Shown in pieces: positions 52,791 to 64,000 of a stretch of DNA of 64,000 bases. The notes below the pieces were generated by a model. That model was not told the origin of the DNA and searched no databases. It saw only the letters and a program-made list of their open reading frames with translations. A program made the translations under genes and the position numbers. The DNA comes from Octopus sinensis (taxonomy: Eukaryota), in assembly GCF_006345805.1 (NCBI RefSeq), contig NC_042999.1:136338001-136402000 (forward strand), in the 5' to 3' direction. Numbering within the stretch: position 1 is the first letter of the stretch; each line of letters begins with the position of its first letter.

Positions 52791-55371
52791 TTATTTATAT
52801 ATAATATATGATGGGCTTCTTTCAGTTTCTGTCTACTAAGTCTGCTGACAAGGCTTTGATCAGCCTAGATCTATAGTAAAAGCACTTGTCCAAGGTGCCA
52901 TGCAGTGGGACTGAACTCAGAACCATATAGCTGGGAAGCACATTTCTTACCACACAGCTGAGTGTGTGTGTGTGTATGTGTGAATTTATATAAGTATATA
53001 TATATTCATATTTGTATATATGTATATATATATTGATATATTTTAATATAATCTGGTTAAAAAAAACCTTGTAGTGTGCTTTACAAATCTCTTCTACAGG
53101 TATTGGCTACCAAATGTTATCATACAGTGATACATCTCCTGTCACTGTATATGCATGGGAAATTCATAAATATCCCTAGAGTTTATACAAAAATTAATAA
53201 GAAAAAATAGAGTGATATGGCTTATTATATACCATTACAATTGTTTCAACACATCACTACCAGCTGTTCATTGCTGAATGTTAAATGCATTGTGTTAATC
53301 ATTGCTATTCAGCAATACTGGGAGATGCAGTTTCTTAAATGATTATGGTAAAAAAAAACAATGTTGAATTAGACTTTCATTTCAACTTAAAATATATCCA
53401 CACCAAAATACTGCTTTTAACAATCTATACACAAAAACTAAACAACAAAATGCAAATAAAAACAAAGCAAAACACTAAGCAAAGAACAAAAAACATCATA
53501 CTTGTTTAACCATAAACCACAACCTTATCGTCCTCAGCCACAATAGGAAAAATAAATAAACATTAAAAGATAAGAATAATATATATATGTATGTGTGTGC
53601 CTATGTGTGTGCATGTGTGGTTGTGTGTGGTGTGTGTGTGTGTGTGTGTGTTTATGTGTGTTTGTGTGTATCTGTGCCTGTGTGGGTGTGAATGCACGTG
53701 TGTGTGTGTGTGGGTGTGTGTATACACACACACAGTTTGTGTATTATATACTTCAAAATAACCTATGCATAAATCTATAGGTTGATTTGTAGTTGTTAAA
53801 TCAGAACCAGGTCACTAGTCGTAGGAAATTAAATGCTTGTTTGTGGAGATAAAAACAGTAATGGTTTATATCTAAAATGCAGAAATGCTTTTACTTATTA
53901 CAAGTCACCAAAGAATAGATCTCTTCTGGTCTGATTTATAGAGTAATGTAATAAAGAAATTACACAGCACATGGTTTGTGAGGACAGGGTAATTCAACTG
54001 AAAATAAAACAGGTCTTAATTCAGAAAACCAATCAAGGCAAAATTTACAAGTATTTGTGCAGTAGAAAAAGTATTATGGAAAGTATACATAAGTGTTTTC
54101 TTGTTTTATAAAGTCTTTTGAGAGAAAGAAAATGAGAGGGAGAGAGAGAGAAGGAGGGGGAAAGAGAGAGAGAAAGAGAAAGAGAGAGAGAGAGAGGTGG
54201 GGAAGATGATGTGTGGCTGGGTTGGTTGCAAGAGAGCATGGGAGGATAGTGGTAGGCATAGTGCATAGGGAATGTAATAGATGTATTATGGTGGAGAATG
54301 TGAGCTAACTTGCTGGAGAGGAGGGTGATCAACGTAAAATATGGGTGGAGAAGACAGTATTAAGAATAAAGAATGGATATCAAGTGAAATGGTTCCTGCT
54401 AGTGAGGAAGACAGATGTCATACAAACATACAGGTTGACAGTATCCTTGAGAATCCTTACACTGAAAAATGACCAAACAACAATGTATGGTTAATTATTT
54501 GCAGGGTTTTGTTTTTATTAACTTTTGGCAAAAGAAAATGAAAAAAAATTATTACTTTTTTTAATTATATTTCTTTTCTAATGCATTTTCTTAAAATCCT
54601 TACTAAGGAAGAATCAATTAATCAAAAGGAATAGTCTAGGGATGTTGTAGTTGCACAGCAAGAGATACAACCAACTCCTTCTGTGTTTCTCAGTCAGCTG
54701 TCAGCCTCATGATTTCTACCATTTTTCCTCATCCATTCATTGATGTTGCTTGACCTCTTTCATCATGAACATCATATACCCCAACAAACTTGTTATGCAT
54801 GTCTATTTTAGCTACAGCTATTATATCATTGTATCATATTACAGAAACAAAACACTTTAATTTCTATTTTTTGACAATTGACAGAAAAGCTTTGTCTTTT
54901 GTAATCTCATCAAGAATTTATTCAGAAGTTGTTGCTTTGTACCCTAAGTTGGACTGTTCTAGCAGATGTATGATTGAAGGTGTTTCAGTTATGACTAGTC
55001 TATTTCATATTTTAGACTCTGTAATCCAAAGTATATTTTTTTAAAAGAAAGTAAGAAGTGATTTTGCCTTGTGTAATTTACTTGACATGCAAGAGACCAG
55101 CTTGAACTGAAGCCTCAAAACATTTGAAAGCATTTTCAAAACATCTATTTCAGTCAACACAGCTAGCTTTCTATAGGACATGTATAGAGAACGGAAATCC
55201 TCCTTCAAACTGTAGTTTGAAATTTCTGATAAATTTGCAGATTTTCTGTTTATTTGAACAACAATTCCATTATGGGGTTCCTTTTGCAATTTTTAAATTG
55301 CTGCTGTCCATAGAAATGTTTCCGAAGTTAAATGCCTGGATTATTTTATCCCAACTGATCTACTTCCTCTC

Positions 55372-55408
<37 letters not shown>

Positions 55409-55499
55409 ATACATATATACATGCATGCATGCATACATCCATACATCCATACATACATACATACATACAGTCAGTTGCTCATTAGTCTGAAAGAAGTAC

Positions 55500-57150
55500 A
55501 CTCTAAAATAATCTTAAAATTTGATGTAGTTGTTGGTTACAGCAGGTCAGAAAGTTACCATTGGTTTCATGCCAATTATGCTCTCAACAATATCAGCAAT
55601 TCATCAGACCTGCTGGCCAAAGGCACATATCCCTTATACCAATGGTCAACTAACAGTCCAACAGTCTTGCTCAACTAGGGTTCTGAAAAAAAACAAACTT
55701 CAAAGTAAAATTCCTTCTGGGTGAAATGGAATTATCTCCATTTGACCTAGGGGCCTTGTTAAATTCCAAAAGTGAGATGTTTAGTCAGTGCCTTCATGAC
55801 AGAAAATTCATGTGGTAGACATGGAATTCCCTGCTTGCTGACTAGCAAATGGAAAACGTACATAAACTGACCCTTTTCAGATACAGATGGATATCTATAA
55901 GGACAGGCTGAGGGGAAAGTGAATATGGGAAAGCTGATGGGAAAAATTCAGTTTTTAAATGATTCACTTGATAACCAAACCAAGAATAGGCACTGTCCAT
56001 TGAGTTCATCATGTGTTGATGAGTCATGAGTGTATGAGATGGTGCAGCTGAATCATTACCATACTGAATCTTGTACACAGGGTTTTTGATGTGGTTTTCA
56101 GGCAGTGAGTGTTAAAGATGATACCATCATGGCAATACCTGATACAAATTTGATCTTTTTTGGCGAACTGTCTCCTGGAAGAAAGGGTTACAGCCATAGG
56201 GTAAATGTTAAACAGCAGAGAGGTAAAGATGCATCGACCTGGACATCAAGAGGTTCTGAGGTTTCACTGTCTGTTGTCACTCTTCCTTGCATAACACTAT
56301 GAATTTTCTAGATAATTGAAAGACATGTTGGTGAATTGCCAAATTTCTGAATCAGGTGCCACAATATAGGACAATTGACTGTGTCAAATACCTTTGTAGG
56401 GTCTATGAATGCATAACATATGTTTCCCTACTATTCAGGACACTTTTCAAGGAGACGACAGTTTACAAATACCATGTCAAAAGTACTTCTTTCTGGTCAA
56501 AATCCACATTGGAATTCAGGTATAATCAGGTTGCTATCACGAAGTAGAAGATGATGTTCATGCAGTCTCACTCGAAGTTCTGTCATCTTAGTTGCAATGG
56601 AGGCCTTCACAGTGAAGGTCACTCCATCAGTTCTATCTTTGTCAAAGGGATAAACATCTAGAAGCATGTTTATCCCTTTCCCTGTTCAATGAGAGAGCCT
56701 TCCTCAGAGAAGTGTGACTCACTAAGAGCTGTTATGTCAATGTCGTGATATTTCAAATGAAATTCAACCAAAGCAGTCCTTCAATGAGGTCATTCTCAGT
56801 TAGAAAGGTCAAATAAGTTTCTAACATTCCAGGAAGCAATTAACAGCTTCTTGAAGTTTTGACCACATTTGACCACCTGATCAGGTAGAATGAGGCTAGC
56901 TTTATTTGGGCCACCTTTTCTAGGCCTTTCTTCAGACTGAGGTAGGCAGTATTTTCCCTGAATAAGGACTACCTTGACACATGACCAGGACCAAAGAAGT
57001 CTGTTGTCCCCAGGTGCAGATTTCAGCAATCATCTTACTCATGCTGTTACTGTGCAAGCTTTGACTAGAGGCTTCCATCATCACCCTTGCTTGCCTCCAT
57101 CACCAGCTGCTCATCACTAATTGGACTTGGGAGTAGAAAAAAATTAAAGA
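55500..57150 (-). mobile_element. Degenerate RTE LINE 5' region (APE endonuclease)
   Basis: KKLLIASWNVRNL (compare ..WNVRTL), followed by DIAAL.ET-like and later APE motifs broken by frameshifts. Confidence 0.7.
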
Positions 57151-57919
57151 AGAGAAGGAAAATCAAAGAAGAAGGCTGAAATTGACACTGCTTGGATAGC
57201 AGTGGTGTTTGTCTATGTCTTGCAGCTTGGCAATTAACCCTTGATGACGAGCTGAATAATGCAGCTTACTTTGAAAGCAAATATAAGCTGGCTTTAGAAG
57301 GGGCACCCAACCATTAAAGTATTGTCTACCAATGCCACCATAGAAAAATGCAGACATATAAACGTTGGTGCTGATAATACAAATGAAAGGTCTCATATTG
57401 GAAACTCTGTGTAGTCATGGAAGAAATCATCAGCTGTTTACTGAGTAAATGGAGTAGTTTTTCTTCCTTTTGTATTAAAAAATGTATGTACGTATGTACA
57501 TGTGTATAAATACATGTATGTCATTATTCAGTTTTATTTCAAGATTCCTGGCCTGTAGAGAAAGTGTCAGTTTGTAACCTAGATCCAAAGTTCCTTCATT
57601 AGAATTTCAACAACATTAACAGGGTACTTTTGCGTGTATGTGCGTGTATGTGTGTGTATGTGCAGTATTTGGAGTCAGTGCATGTTTTATTTTATGTATA
57701 TATTCTCATGCATATAGTTGCATTACTAGACATACACATATATACTTAAATATATACATAAATGATAAACTCAAGAAAAGTTTTGCAAATTTTTACAGTT
57801 CCAGGGATGACTTGAACCTGTAGTCTTCAAATCAACTTTTTCCTTTACAGTTTTGAGAAGCTTAATTTCTCAAGATTGGTATTTAGTCAGTGCTTTACAT
57901 ATCCCAGTGCCCCAGTGGT

Positions 57920-57930
57920 ATGCATGTATG

Positions 57931-57962
<32 letters not shown>

Positions 57963-58555
57963 TGTATGTATGTATGTATGTATGTATGTATGTATGTATG
58001 GCTGGCTGGCTGGATGGAAGGATGTATGTATGCATGCATGCATGCATGCATGCATGCATGCATGTATGCATGCATGTATGTATGTATGTATGCATGTATG
58101 TGTGTCTGTCTGTCTGTCTGTCTATCTGTCTGTGTGTCTGTATGTAAATATGTATGTCTGTATAACTGTATGTATGTATGTATGCATGCATGTATATATG
58201 TATATATGTATGTATTTATGTATGTCTGTTTGAATTACGTCTGTCTGTCTGTCTGTATGTATGTTTGTATTTGTGCATGTGCGGGCATGCATGCATATGT
58301 GTGTATGTTTGTCTGTCTTTATGCATGTATGTATGTCTGTCTGTATGAATGTCTGTATGATTGTATGTGTGTATGTATGCACGCATGCATGTATGCATGT
58401 GTACTCTTTGTATGTCTGTGCATATGGATGTCTGTATGTATGAATGTATGTATGTCTGTGTGTATGCATATATGTCTGCATATCTGTATGTCCATATATA
58501 TATATGTCTATCTGTCTGTCTGTATGAATATATGTATGTCTATATGTATGTATCA
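57920..58555. repeat. Complex (TATG)n/(TGCA)n/(TGTC)n microsatellite field
   Basis: Seen directly; explains the 267-aa CMYV ORF. Confidence 0.95.
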
Positions 58556-58649
58556 AAAGGATCAAAGGTCCTTCTTGAGCTATGGGCTCATAACACTAGA
58601 GTCCCGGATTCTGTGGCATTTACAAAACTCCACTGGACAGGATGCTAGT

Positions 58650-59030
58650 CTGTCAAGATTATTCATTTTTACCAGCTGACTGAAATGGGGCAACATGAAA
58701 TGAAGTGTTTTGCTCAAGAACACAACACACTGTCTGGTCTAGGAATTGAAACCACAATCTTATGATCATGGGTGCAACACCCTAACCACTAAGCCATGAA
58801 CCTCCACTCACACACACACATATGCATTTATTGATTTCAAATTTTGACACAAGGCCAGGAATTTCAGGTAGGGAGTAAGTCAATTACATAGACTCCTGTG
58901 TTCAACTGGTATTTATTTTATTGACCCTGAAAGAATGAAAGGTAAAGTTGACCTCAGCAGAATTTGAACTCAGAACATAAAGATGGGACAAAATGCCTGA
59001 TGTGCTAATGATTCTGCCAGCTCACCACCT
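58650..59030 (-). mobile_element. Two adjacent tRNA-derived SINEs (58650-58810 and 58850-59030)
   Basis: Reverse complements of the SINE heads seen at 52540 and at 1-145. Confidence 0.75.
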
Positions 59031-59168
59031 GCATACATATATATAACACATGCATACAAACACACACATTGTTTTATACAATTATTTACACAGGTATACA
59101 TACATAATGCTGTAGGTTGTAAGAAGAATGTAATTTTACTTAATTCCTATGTCTATTTTTACAGAAGG

Positions 59169-59223
<55 letters not shown>

Positions 59224-59289
59224 AGGGGAGAGAAAGACAGAGAAAGACAGAGAGAGAACTGAGGAAAGCTATGAATAGGTAAGGGATGT

Positions 59290-59560
59290 ATGCTGAAGTT
59301 TGAAAATAGCAACTTTTCAGTGAAGAACAAATGAGTTTGGAAATTCGTAGGCAGCAAGAGAATCAGATTACATTTCTGTGAGACTGACAGTCCTAGTAAA
59401 GCTCTATCACCTGCAATAGTCATTGCATGGTTAATTTTAGTGATGCTTTACTTTTTTCCCTGCCTTCTCTAAGAACTGTACTTCATGGCAGTAGGACCTG
59501 TTGCACACCAAAGATTTATCAAGCAGCAAAATCTAGATGTAAAGTTCTAATTTCGGTAAG
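59290..59560 (+). mobile_element. Possible hAT transposase C-terminal remnant
   Basis: Frameshifted LKIATF..., VNFSDAL and AAKSRCK resemble the end of a hAT dimerisation domain; weak. Confidence 0.3.
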
Positions 59561-59925
59561 TAAAAAATTTCTAAATTGCACTTTTAGGAAAATTAAATCT
59601 ACTCTTCAAATCTGTTAAATCTTGCAAGAATTTATTTGTTTTTAATGTTTTGAAAATTCACTGTATTCAATGAGATATGAAAGTTCTTTGAAAATGTTTA
59701 GCATTTCATAAGATATAAGCAACAATTCTAAAAGCAAGACTAATTCAATTCATTTGCATCTTTTTGTTCTTAAATGAAAAGTCTAGCTAATTTTCCTGAT
59801 ATTACCTGAACAATATGGAACTTTCTTCTTTGCTAGTATTAACACAACTTTTAAACAGTAATATGACTCAACAGGTTGTTTAGCACACGGAATGTACACT
59901 CACATACATACTCTCTCTCTCCCTC

Positions 59926-59961
<36 letters not shown>

Positions 59962-60048
59962 TTTCCACTCCCTTTTCTTCTCTCTCTCTCTCTCTCCACA
60001 CACACACTCACACATATATCCATAACAATATGTGTGTGATATATATAT

Positions 60049-60080
<32 letters not shown>

Positions 60081-60103
60081 GTATGTATATAAAATGTATA
60101 TAT

Positions 60104-60135
<32 letters not shown>

Positions 60136-60238
60136 CATTTTTCAAAATATATATACTTTTTCAAAATGTGACCTTGTGTGTACCGTTGGCGATTTTTTTT
60201 CCTCTGTCTTCCTTTCTCTGGATCTTTCCTTCTCCTAT

Positions 60239-60273
60239 GTTTCCGACGAAGAGCTCCGCTCGAAACGTTAAAC
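60239..60273 (+). ncRNA. Atypical ultra-minimal hammerhead-like motif in a PLE-like terminal fragment (about 60170-60370)
   Basis: GTTT-CCGACGAA-GAGC tcc GCTC-GAAA-CG-TT^AAAC; the core deviates from CUGANGA. Confidence 0.4.
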
Positions 60274-60955
60274 CCTCCTTCTTTCCTTCTTTCCTGAGCG
60301 TCCAATAATATTATATTTGTTCCACATCCTCACGTTGTTGTTTTTTTGTGCTTTCTTGTTTGGATTAACTATATATATATATATATATACACACACATGC
60401 ACACATACATATATATATATATAATGTAACTACACGTGTGCTGTTGATGATTTCTTTTTCCTTCTTTGGATTTTTCCCTTTCTTTTTTCCAATGAAGAGC
60501 TATGCTTGAAAATTCAAACTCCCTCCTTTCACCAAATGTCAAGCTAATATATTTCTTATGCATGTCTATATGTTGTCCGTTTTTATTCACTTCTGTGAAC
60601 TATTTGTTTATTTGAATTGACTATATGTAAATATATGACTTTATGTATGGAACTTATTTTGATTTGAAAACCCCACTAGAATGGGAGAAAGCGCTAATGA
60701 TCTAAGTGATATGATATATATGTAAAAAATGTAATATATAAATAAATATCTGTAAATATAAACCATCCGATCTTCTGATTACCTCATTTCTTCTAATATA
60801 TAATACCTGTACGTCATCTCCAAACCTTGCAATATATATATATATATATATATGAATAAAAACGGACAGCATATAGACATGTGTGTGTGTATACATGTGT
60901 ATAAATACATACATATGTGTGTATGTTTGTATATATATATATATCTATGTATATG

Positions 60956-60994
<39 letters not shown>

Positions 60995-61099
60995 CATACA
61001 TACATACATACATACATACATACATACATACATACATACATACATACATACATACATACATAAATACATATATATATATATATATATACATGGCTGTGT

Positions 61100-61280
61100 G
61101 GAGGCACAGGAGTGGCTGTGTGGAGGTGTAGGAGTGGCTGTGAGGTAAGAAGCTTGCTTCTCAACCATATGTTCTGGGTTCAGTCCCACTGTGTAGCACC
61201 TTGGGTAGGTGTCTTCTACTATAGCCTTGTACCAGCCAAAGCCTTGTGATTGGATTTGGTAGATGTAAACTGAAAGAACA
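61100..61280 (+). mobile_element. tRNA-derived SINE 5' part with a duplicated head
   Basis: aggagtggctgtgtg twice, then ggttcagtcccactg. Confidence 0.8.
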
Positions 61281-61486
61281 TGTCATATATGTGTGTATTT
61301 GTGTGTGTGTGTATGTGTGTGTGTATGTGTATGTCTGCATGTATTTATGTATGTTTGTCTAGATCTATCTATCTATCTACCTATATACATACATATATAT
61401 ATATATATATAAATATATATATATGCATACATACATACAAATATATATATACATATATATATACATACATACATATATATATATAT

Positions 61487-64000
61487 CATCATCATCATCA
61501 TCATCATTTAGCGTCCGTTCTCCATGCTAGCATGGGTTGGACGGTTCAACTGGGGTCTGTGAAGCTGGAAGGCTTCATCAGGCCCAGTCAGATCTGGCAG
61601 TGTTTCTACGGCTGGATGCCCTTCCTAACGCCAACCACTCCGTGAGTGTAGTGGGTGCTTTTTACGTGCCACCTGCACAGGTGCCAGACAGAGCTGGCAA
61701 ACGGCCACGAACGGATGGTGCTTTTACGTGTCACCGGCACGGGGCCAGGCGAGGCTGGCAACGGACACGAACGGATGGTGCTTTTACGTGCCACCAACAC
61801 GGGGGCCAGACAGAGCTGGCAAACGGCCACAAAACGGATGGTGCTTTTACGTGTCACCGGCACGGGGGCTAGGCGAGGCTGGCAACGGGCACGAACGGAT
61901 GGTGCTTTTACATGCCACCGACACGGGGGCCAGACAGGGCTGGCAAACGGCCACGAACGGATGGTGCTTTTACGTGTCACCGGCACGGGGGCCAGGCGAG
62001 GCTGGCAACGGACACGAACGGATGGTGCTTTTACGTGTCACCGGCATGGGGGCTAGGCGAGGCTGGCAACGGACACGAACGGATGGTGCTTTTACATGCC
62101 ACCGACACGGGGGGCCAGACAGGGCTGGCAAACGGCCACGAACGGATGGTGCTTTTATGTGTCACCGGCACGGAGGCCAGGCGAGGCTGGCAACGGACAC
62201 GAACGGATGGTGCTTTTACATGTCACCGACACGGGGGCCAGACAGGGCTGGCAAACGGCCACGAACGGATGGTGCTTTTACGTGTCACCGGCACGGGGGC
62301 CAGGCGAGGCTGGCAACGGACACGAACGGATGGTGCTTTTACGTGTCACCGGCATGGGGGCTAGGCGAGGCTGGCAACGGGCACGAACGGATGGTGCTTT
62401 TACATGCCACCGACACGGGGGCCAGACAGGGCTGGCAAACGGCCACGAACGGATGGTGCTTTTACGTGTCACCGGCACGGAGGCCAGGCGAGGCTGGCAA
62501 CGGACACGAACGGATGGTGCTTTTACATGTCACCGACATGGGGGCCAGACAGGGCTGGCAAACGGACACGAACGGATGGTGCTTTTACATGTCACCGACA
62601 TGGGGGCCAGACAGGGCTGGCAAACGGCCACGAACGGATGGTGCTTTTACGTGTCACCGGCACGGGGGCCAGACAGAGCTGGCAAACGGCCACAAACGGA
62701 TGGTGCTTTTACGTGTCACCGGCACGGGGGCCAGACAGAGCTGGCAAACGGCCACAAATGGATGGTGCTTTTACGTGTCACCGGCACGGGGGCCAGGCCA
62801 GGCTGGCAACGAACACAAACGGATGGTGCTTTTACGTGCCACCGACACGGGGGCCAGACAGGGCTGGCAAACGGCTACGAACGGATGGTACTTTTACGTG
62901 TCACCTGCACAGGGGCCTGATGTTGATCGACCTCAATTTGGTTTGATCTTGATTTTGACTGTTCTCACTGGTCTTGCCGAGTTTTCTCACGCACAGCATA
63001 CCTCCAAAGGTCTCGGTCACTGGTCATTTCCTTGGTGAGACCTAAAGTTCGAAGGTCGTGCTTCACCGCCTCGACCAGGTTTTCCTGGGTCTACCTCTTC
63101 CACAGGTCCCCTCAACTGCCAGGGTGTGGCACTTTCGCACACAACTATCTTCAGCCATTCTCATCACATGACCATACCAGCGCATACGTCTCTCTTGCAC
63201 ACAACAACTGATGCTTCTTAGGTTCAACTTTTCTCTCAGGGTACTTACACTCTGTCGATTATGAACACTGACGTTACACATCCATCGGAGCATACTAGCT
63301 TAATTTCTTGCGAGCTTACGCAAATCCTCAGCAGTCACAGCCCAAGTTTCACTACCATGTAGCATGGCTGTACGTACACATGCATCATACAGTCTGCCTT
63401 TTACTTTGAGCGAGAGGCCTTTTGTCACCAGCAGGGGTAAGAGCTCTCTGAACTTTGCCCAGGCTATTCTTACTCTAGCAGTTATACTTTCAGCGCACCC
63501 ACCCCCCGCTACTGACTTGGTCACCTAGGTAACGGAAACTATCAACTACTTCTAGCTTTTCTCCCTGGAAAGTGACGGAAGTTGGTCTCAGAGCATTTTC
63601 AGTGTTAAGTTTCCTGAGCATCTGCCACATACAAAACCATCTTCCTAGTTAGCCTTCCTTTGACATTGCTGCACCTCTTATGTGTCCATAGCTTACACTT
63701 GGTGCATCTTATAGAGTTTCTACCTACACCTTTTCTACAGATCGAGCAGGGCCATCTACCTGAAGGCGTTTGTGATGGTCTACCTTCCTACTTATTAGGA
63801 CTTGGGTTTTGGCTAGGTTGATTCTAAGGCCCTTCGATTCTAAACCTTGTTTCCATACCTGAAACTTCTCCTCTAGTTCTGATAGAGACTCAGCAATTAG
63901 AGCAAGGTCATCAGCATAGAGGAGCTCCCAGGGGCATCCTGTATTGAATTCCTCCGTTATTGCCTGGAGGACTATGATAAATAGGAGGGGACTGAGGACT
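61487..64000 (-). mobile_element. RTE-clade LINE (RT, C-terminus, 3' UTR with VNTR, (TGA)n tail); continues off the right edge
   Basis: PWELLYADDLALIAESLSELEEKFQVWKQGLESKGLRIN; RLYDACVRTAMLHGSETW; RMRWYGHVMRM...GRPRKTW. Confidence 0.92.
61678..62912. repeat. 20-unit, roughly 61-bp GC-rich tandem array in the RTE 3' UTR
   Basis: 20 copies of the core aacggatggtgcttttacgtg (minor variants) with A-type (gccagacagRgctggcaaa) and B-type (gccaggcgaggctggcaa) variants. Confidence 0.97.

Noticed and set aside
55041-55370. 82-aa minus ORF as a host exon or hAT fragment
   Set aside because: Bounded by stops, no convincing splice sites, and only a vague transposase-like composition.
61655-63038. Long ORFs (up to 436 aa) and a CRISPR-like appearance of the 61-bp array
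   Set aside because: Units are contiguous with no unique spacers, there are no cas genes, and the context is eukaryotic. The ORFs arise from stop-poor GC-rich repeats read on the antisense strand of an RTE 3' UTR.

Overview
AT-rich, microsatellite- and transposon-dense animal DNA. The SINE, RTE and Penelope repeat types suggest an octopod cephalopod (inference from recognition, no search run). The only confidently identifiable host gene is the first coding exon of TMEM245 (minus strand, 6504-7016); the gene runs off the left edge. A second minus-strand gene may be hinted at by small phase-compatible exon candidates at about 15, 17.8, 25.9 and 29.4 kb (low confidence). The rest is a mosaic of mobile elements: HERO-like and R4-like RLE LINEs, RTE LINEs, a near full-length CR1-group LINE, a two-LTR Ty3/gypsy relic, a full-length mariner, a Tc1 relic, Helitron/HINE fragments, Penelope-like elements (PLEs) and many tRNA-derived SINEs. 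There is a 100-N gap at 38851-38950. Most ORF-track entries are microsatellite or repeat artefacts. The most interesting signals are: (1) minimal type I hammerhead ribozyme motifs in PLE terminal repeats, two pairs of them in long fold-back inverted repeats; (2) a LINE whose ORF1 seems to combine a Myb/SANT-like domain with CCCH zinc fingers, and whose 3' hairpin covaries with local SINE tails; (3) a variable 61-bp hairpin-rich tandem array with higher-order structure in an RTE 3' UTR; (4) an RTE C-terminus with tandem C2H2 fingers.
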